64,000 nt of DNA from a cyanobacterium endosymbiont of Rhopalodia gibba (lineage in GTDB: Bacteria > Cyanobacteriota > Cyanobacteriia > Cyanobacteriales > Microcystaceae). Positions 57,747-64,000 of the stretch are shown in pieces. The notes under the pieces are model-generated. The model was not told the origin of the DNA, searched no databases, and saw only the letters and a list, made by a program, of their open reading frames with translations. The stretch lies in the NCBI GenBank assembly GCA_045159875.1, contig CP067995.1:736001-800000 (forward strand). The letters are read 5' to 3'. Both the position numbers and the translations under genes were made by a program. Position 1 is the first letter of the stretch. Every line of letters begins with the position of its first letter.

Positions 57747-59549
57747 ATGAACTTAATTGTCCAAAAATACGGTGGAACTTCTATAGGTTCTGTAAAACGA
57801 GTTCAGACAGTAGCACAACGCATCCACGAAATAGCCCAAAATGGCAACCAAGTAGTAGTTGTGGTTTCAGCTATGGGGAAAACCACTGATATATTAGTCA
57901 AATTAGCTTCAGAAATTACCCCCGCTCCCTGTCGTCGAGAAATGGATATGTTGTTGTCAACAGGAGAACAGGTGTCTATTGCTTTGATGAGTATGGCTTT
58001 GCAACAATTGGGTCAGTCAGCAATCTCCCTAACTGGGGCGCAAGTTGGAATCATTACCGAAGCTGAATATAGTCGCGCCCGCATTTTATCAATTAAACCC
58101 CATCGTATTCAACGCCATTTAGATCGGGGTGAAGTAGTTGTAGTAGCAGGATTTCAAGGGATTAGTAATGGAACTGATTTAGAGATTACTACCTTGGGAC
58201 GAGGGGGATCAGATACTTCTGCGGTAGCTATTGCAGCCTCATTAAAGGCGAGTTGCTGTGAAATTTATACTGATGTCCCTGGCATTTTAACCACAGATCC
58301 ACGTTTGGTTTCTGATGCTCAATTAATGAATGAAATTAACTGTGATGAGATGTTGGAATTAGCCAGTTTAGGAGCTAAGGTTCTCCATCCAAGAGCCGTG
58401 GAAATTGCACGAAATTATGGAATTCCGTTAGTGGTCCGATCAAGTTGGAGTGCTGCTCCAGGAACTCGCGTTATTTCTCCCATTCCTAAGCCGAGATCCA
58501 TTAACGGGTTGGAACTAACCAAAGCAGTAGACGGGATAGAATTTGACCCTGATCAAGCTAAAATAGCCCTATTACGGGTTCCTGACTGTCCTGGAGTGGC
58601 AGCACGGTTGTTTGGGGAAATTGCTAAGCAACGGGTAGATGTGGACTTGATTATTCAGTCCATTCATGAAGGCAATAGCAATGATATTGCTTTTACGGTG
58701 GTCAAAAAGGTATTAAATAAGGCCGAAGCGGTAGCTGAAGCGATCGCTCCTTCCTTAAGAAATTCTCCAACTAACAGTGATGAAGCCGAAGTTCTGATAG
58801 AAAAAGAGACAGCTAAGATTGCCATTGTGGGAGCGGGAATGATTGGACGGCCAGGAATTGCTGCTAAGATGTTTAAAACTTTAGCTGATGCTCAGGTTAA
58901 TATTGAAATGATTGCTACGTCTGAGGTAAAAGTAAGTTGTGTCATTACTTCTAACAACGGTGATCGTGCCATTGATGCTTTGTGTAAGGCATTCGATGTC
59001 AAGTTGTCCAAAATTCCAGTAGGACCTAAAACTGTTAAAGTCTCTCCTCCTGTTCGGGGAGTCGCCCTTGACACAAAACAAGTTCAAATTGCTTTACTTC
59101 ATGTTCAGGATCGTCCGGGAATGGCGGGCAAGATTTTTGGGGCTTTAGCAGACAAAAATATCAGTGTCGACACGATCATTCAATCTCAACGTTGTCGCAT
59201 TGTCAATGGAATGCCCACCCGCGACATTGCCTTTACGGTTGCCCAGGAGGATTTACAAGTTGCCCAGACTTCCTTAGAAATTCTTTCAGATAGCTTTACT
59301 GAGATGATTATTGATACAGATATTGCTAAAGTGAGTGTTGTGGGAGCCGGGATGGTTGGACAACCTGGAATAGCTGCTAAATGTTTTGAAGCTTTAGCCA
59401 AACAAAAAATTAATATTAAAATGATTGCTACCTCAGAAATCAAAATCAGTTGTGTAGTGGCTAGAGCAGAGGGTATCCAAGCATTAAAAGCAGTGCATAG
59501 GGCTTTTGGATTAGCAGGACAAGAAATCCTAGAAGTCTCTGTCGAATAA
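57747..59549 (+). CDS. lysC: aspartate kinase (cyanobacterial multi-ACT type)
   Basis: QKYGGTS, VVSAMGKTTD and TLGRGGSD motifs; repeated ACT domains. Confidence 0.97.
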   Translation: MNLIVQKYGGTSIGSVKRVQTVAQRIHEIAQNGNQVVVVVSAMGKTTDILVKLASEITPAPCRREMDMLLSTGEQVSIALMSMALQQLGQSAISLTGAQVGIITEAEYSRARILSIKPHRIQRHLDRGEVVVVAGFQGISNGTDLEITTLGRGGSDTSAVAIAASLKASCCEIYTDVPGILTTDPRLVSDAQLMNEINCDEMLELASLGAKVLHPRAVEIARNYGIPLVVRSSWSAAPGTRVISPIPKPRSINGLELTKAVDGIEFDPDQAKIALLRVPDCPGVAARLFGEIAKQRVDVDLIIQSIHEGNSNDIAFTVVKKVLNKAEAVAEAIAPSLRNSPTNSDEAEVLIEKETAKIAIVGAGMIGRPGIAAKMFKTLADAQVNIEMIATSEVKVSCVITSNNGDRAIDALCKAFDVKLSKIPVGPKTVKVSPPVRGVALDTKQVQIALLHVQDRPGMAGKIFGALADKNISVDTIIQSQRCRIVNGMPTRDIAFTVAQEDLQVAQTSLEILSDSFTEMIIDTDIAKVSVVGAGMVGQPGIAAKCFEALAKQKINIKMIATSEIKISCVVARAEGIQALKAVHRAFGLAGQEILEVSVE

Positions 59550-60210
59550 TTTAGATAATTGAAGTAATAACGGCACAAATCTAAATCCTTGAGTTGACTA
59601 TTAGGCTTTTATGTAAAGTAGTTCTTGGAACGAGATTATTGCTATATAATCAATTGAAGTAACTTATCTCAAGTTTATATGAAGCTAATTACCTACAATT
59701 GAAGTAAATGAGTTTAACTAAGTATTTTACAGAAAAATAGTTAAATAAAGAACAGAAGAACGGTTGGAAGATACCCGACTTAGTAGCAAAGCAATTACGC
59801 TAATAAATTAGAAGAACGAACACGATCAAAGTTGAATTTGACCTCAAAAAGATCCTACAAAATGGAAATTAAGAATAGAAATGTTATCCTTAAATATAAA
59901 GAAATAAAGATTTTAAGAAATCTAGATTAGATGAGTCTATCAGAAAATTTAATTTTAAAAACAATTTTTAGATATATTTTTTAAGAGCAAAAAAAAAATT
60001 CTCCACAAGGTAGAAGAAAAAAACTTGCAAAGAATAAGATATCTTAAAGAGTTATCATGAAAAGATGAAATAATTCATAATAGCCAACAATTGTCTAAGA
60101 TTTTCAAAACTCTGAAATAAGTAAAATTAACTTTAGGAATAATCTGTACTTTTATAAAAAAAGTGATAACAAAAATACAATATTTTAAAAATAACCTAAA
60201 AAACAAACAA

Positions 60211-60259
60211 TTATAGAGAAAATAGATATTGTATTGAATAATATCTATTTTCTCTATAA
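60211..60259. repeat. inverted repeat, perfect 20-bp arms
   Basis: TTATAGAGAAAATAGATATT-N9-AATATCTATTTTCTCTATAA. Confidence 0.92.
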
Positions 60260-60699
60260 ACTTATAGTACAGTCCTAAATTCAATAGAAAGAAAGTAACA
60301 TCAAATAAAAGCTTATAAAATTGTTAGAAAGATATTGGAAGATCAATATGATTTGTCTAAAATAGTTAAATGATAGTATTTTACGTTAGTTACAGAATAT
60401 TTTTAATACAGGTTTCATTGTCAATCAATGAGTTAAAATATGACAAAGTTGACGATTACCATAAATAATAAATACCAATAATCAAGACTATATCTCTTTT
60501 TAAGAAACCCCTATGAAGTAAACTTTCTCTTACTTTATATTCTAAACTAAGAGAAGGGTTTTCAGATAACTAGGTATAAGTTATTAGTTGCTCTTTAACT
60601 GTTTTGGTCAAAAAGTGCTTATAATTTTTTTTTGTCCCCAACATAAAATTAATTAAAATTTTTAAAAAAATATTATTGAGTGCTAGGGACGGTCAGTTC

Positions 60700-61075
60700 T
60701 GACATTAGAATTGTCTTTATTAATCGTTTGAATATTTTGTTTAGATACATTTTTAGTGTAAGATGTGTAAACCAATAATGGACTCGCTTTTAGGGGCGAT
60801 AATATCGAATGTAACACCCGTATTAATGGTTTATACGTTTTTAAATTAAAAGTAATCTCTTGTTCAGGGTTATTGAAGGTAAATAACTGTTGAATGACAA
60901 AAGATAATTCTAAGATGACACTTACACTTTGTTTTGGTTTTCACTTTGCATGGACAGTCTTTCCCAAGACTCGGATAGTGAATCAAAAAAGAATCCGCGA
61001 GGACTAATTGTTTTCAAAAAAAGTTTGATTATTTTTCCCTAATCACTGTAAATAAAGTCAATATTTCCACTCACA
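60700..61075 (-). pseudogene. possible M20-family peptidase remnant
   Basis: Weak fragments LKQLVLADS, NNPEQEITFN and DIIAPKSESII; would require a large internal deletion. Confidence 0.3.
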
Positions 61076-61119
61076 CTATTTATTATCTTCTCAACTATTG
61101 AGCAGATATGGAAGGGAAA

Positions 61120-61640
61120 GAATTAACTATGGTTAATAATGGCTTAATTTTTGGAAAAAAGATAACCTAATAGAGGAACTCCTAGAAGAATATCTTAATT
61201 GTCGCGATTGCACTATTTTAAAGTAGTGTTGAGGGCTCGGACAGCAATATCTTCACTAAGAACTGGACTATTTTCCTCAAACCAACCAATAATTCGCTCT
61301 AACTAATATTTAAGGAAAAGATAAACCTATTCTAATAAAATCTCATTCGTACAGCTTGCTTTAAACTTTGATGGAGTGTTAACTGCTAGTTAAGTCTGAT
61401 TTTCGCAGTTAGGGGACGCTGTTAGACTAGTGAAGACGATTTAAGCAGTTTTAGGAAAACTGACAGTAAATACTGTTTTTCGCTTAATATTTTGATAGGT
61501 GTAATAGCAAGAGATACAGATGAAACCCAAATAATTACCTCACCCCAATTGTATGTCCATGTGTTTAGGGACAAAATCATAGCTTCCATCGTGTTTTTGC
61601 GTCCCTATTCTTGACAATTACTGGAGGAGCAATAAAAAAA
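61120..61640 (-). pseudogene. flavin-reductase-like protein pseudogene
   Basis: YDFVPKHM and NYLGFICISCYYTYQNIKRKTVFTVSFPKTA*IVFTSLTASPNCE. Confidence 0.6.
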
Positions 61641-61915
61641 ATAATCAAATAAAGGTTAATTTAGAGCAAGATTGATTGTCATCAATCTTGATTGGATGAT
61701 AATTGGTAAATTTAACTATCTTATTCGCCTTTCCTAAATAAGAAACTTAACAAGTTTGACTTAAAAATCAATCAAATCAATAATAGGTAACATTATAGAC
61801 GTGATTAAAATGGTGTAGTTTACTAAACTATTGATAATTTTTTAAGAATAACTAGCTATCAGCATAAAAGCTTTTAGTACTTTTAATTAATCTTTATTCT
61901 TAACCATTAAATACT

Positions 61916-63715
61916 ATGGAAATTGTTTTCACATTAGGGGTTGTTGTCTTCGCATTAATTCTATTTATTGGTGAACGATTTCCTCCTGATACAACAGCTA
62001 TTACTATTGTCGTAATTCTGATGCTTTCAGGAATAGTAACTCCTGAAGAAGGTATTGCTGGGTTTGGAAATTCTGCAACTATCACTGTCATGGCAATGTT
62101 TATTCTAAGTGCTGGAATCACTCGCACTGGGGCACTTCAAATAATACAAGATTGGCTCATAAAGTGGGGCGGAAAAAGCACTAATCAAAATATTTTTATC
62201 CTCGGAATTATTGTGGGTCCAATTACAGCTATTATTAATAATACAGCTGTAGTTGCTATATTTTTACCTATGATTGAAGAGTGGAGTAAAAAGAAAAATA
62301 TCTCTTCTTCTAAATTAATGATTCCTTTGTCTTATTGTTCAATATTAGGGGGAATGTTAACTCTTATTGGCACCTCAACAAATATTTTAGCTAGCGGACT
62401 ATCTAAACAATTAGGATACAAAGAATTTGGGTTATTTGAACTTAGTAAATTAGGGTTAATAACTTTCATAATTGGCTTAAGTTATTTAGTGATTATTGCT
62501 CCTAAAATTTTACCTGACCGTAAACCTCCTAATAGTAGCTCATTGGGGGAAAGTTATAATCTTAAAGATTATGTGAGTGAAGTTGTTATTACACCTCGTT
62601 CAAGTTTAGTTGGACAAACTCTTCATCAAAGTAAAATTCAGAGAAAGTTTGATTTAGATGTTCTTGAAATCATTCATAATGATACCCGTTTTCCTCAACC
62701 GTTAGCTGATAAAATCATTTCAGTAGGTGATATATTACTAATTCGAGTAAATAAAGGAGATTTACTAAAAATCAAAGATGAGAAAGGAATTGAAATTTTC
62801 CCAAATGTTCAATTCAACAATGAAAGTATTGAAGAAGAAATTAACACAGGCGAAGAGAAAGTAGCTGAGATATTAATTCTTTCTAACTCTAGTTTAATTG
62901 GTTCTACCTTAAAAGATATAAGATTTCGTCAGCGCTATAATGCTACGGTTCTAGCAGTTCGTAGAGGAGAAGAATTAGTAAGAGAAAGATTGGGGAAAGT
63001 CCCTCTAAAATTCGGAGATTTATTGTTAGTTCAAGGTCCTAAACAAAGTTTTATTGGTTTGCAAACAACTCGAGAAATGTTAGTCTTAGAAGAACGAAAT
63101 TTAGAAACAATCAGACAAGATAAAGCTTGGACTGCTTTAGGAATTATAAGTGGTGTAATTATCCTAACTGCTGTCAATTTACTACCTATTTTAGTTAGTA
63201 GTTTATCAGGGGTTTTAATGATGATTTTTACCCGGTGCTTAAAACCGGGAGAAATTTATGGTTTTGTCCGGTGGGATGTCATTTTTCTTTTGGCAGGATT
63301 ACTCCCTCTAGGAACTGCCATGAATAAATCGGGAACAACCGAATGGTTAGCCAACCATTTAGTTAATTTAGGGGAAAATATATCAGGATATTGGATATTA
63401 ACATTCTTCTTTTTAATTACCTCAATACTTACGGAAGTTTTGTCAAATAATGCTTCTGTTGTTCTTATGTTCCCTATCGCAGTTCAAGTTGCTGAAACCT
63501 TAAACCTAAATCCCTATGCTTTTATGTTTGCTGTAACCTTTGCTGCTTCTAATAGTTTTACAACCCCTATTGGCTATCAAACTAATACAATGGTGTACAC
63601 TCCGGGGGGCTATCGCTTTTTAGATTTTGTAAGGGTTGGTGGACCAATAAATCTAATGATGGTCATTTTTGTTCCCATTTTAATTATGCATTTATACGGT
63701 CTTGAAATTCAATAA
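61916..63715 (+). CDS. SLC13/DASS family permease with two TrkA-C domains
   Basis: NNTAVVA, GGMLTLIGTSTN, SNNAS and TPIGYQTN motifs. Confidence 0.93.
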   Translation: MEIVFTLGVVVFALILFIGERFPPDTTAITIVVILMLSGIVTPEEGIAGFGNSATITVMAMFILSAGITRTGALQIIQDWLIKWGGKSTNQNIFILGIIVGPITAIINNTAVVAIFLPMIEEWSKKKNISSSKLMIPLSYCSILGGMLTLIGTSTNILASGLSKQLGYKEFGLFELSKLGLITFIIGLSYLVIIAPKILPDRKPPNSSSLGESYNLKDYVSEVVITPRSSLVGQTLHQSKIQRKFDLDVLEIIHNDTRFPQPLADKIISVGDILLIRVNKGDLLKIKDEKGIEIFPNVQFNNESIEEEINTGEEKVAEILILSNSSLIGSTLKDIRFRQRYNATVLAVRRGEELVRERLGKVPLKFGDLLLVQGPKQSFIGLQTTREMLVLEERNLETIRQDKAWTALGIISGVIILTAVNLLPILVSSLSGVLMMIFTRCLKPGEIYGFVRWDVIFLLAGLLPLGTAMNKSGTTEWLANHLVNLGENISGYWILTFFFLITSILTEVLSNNASVVLMFPIAVQVAETLNLNPYAFMFAVTFAASNSFTTPIGYQTNTMVYTPGGYRFLDFVRVGGPINLMMVIFVPILIMHLYGLEIQ

Positions 63716-63815
63716 ACGCTGGAGCAGGATGAAACAGTTAAATTATGTACTAAATTACATAGCCTGTTAGATTCTGACGTCTCTAGTAAATATTTACCAG
63801 TAAACAGTTATTTAG

Positions 63816-64000
<185 letters not shown>

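Noticed and set aside
2656..60259. Palindromes as a MITE/REP family or CRISPR array
   Set aside because: No shared consensus, no regular spacing and no evident target duplications.

Overview
This is an AT-rich cyanobacterial (Chroococcales-like) chromosome segment undergoing reductive evolution. Intact housekeeping genes include mutS, gatC, a Gld-type ABC operon, pacS, perR/peroxiredoxin, an NFACT gene, petBD, ruvA, larB, ppa, ndhM, secG, gpmI, lysC and the 5' end of aroA, plus SRP RNA and two tRNAs. They alternate with pseudogenes (ycf3, ccmP, acs, DUF1995, MerR, RND pump, K+ channel, pentapeptide, flavin reductase) and multi-kb AT-rich gene deserts. Loss of a PSI assembly gene and a carboxysome gene with cytochrome b6f and NDH-1 genes kept suggests a non-photosynthetic endosymbiont such as a rhopalodiacean diatom spheroid body (inference). 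The main signals missed by the ORF track are: (1) a fossil Tn7-like, probably type V-K CAST element directly downstream of ffs; (2) about 20 unrelated long palindromes in dead DNA, some built from former coding sequence; (3) a PsrR1-like sRNA and two other structured RNA candidates; (4) directional decay of HIP1 sites. All homology calls are from memory and by eye; no searches were run.
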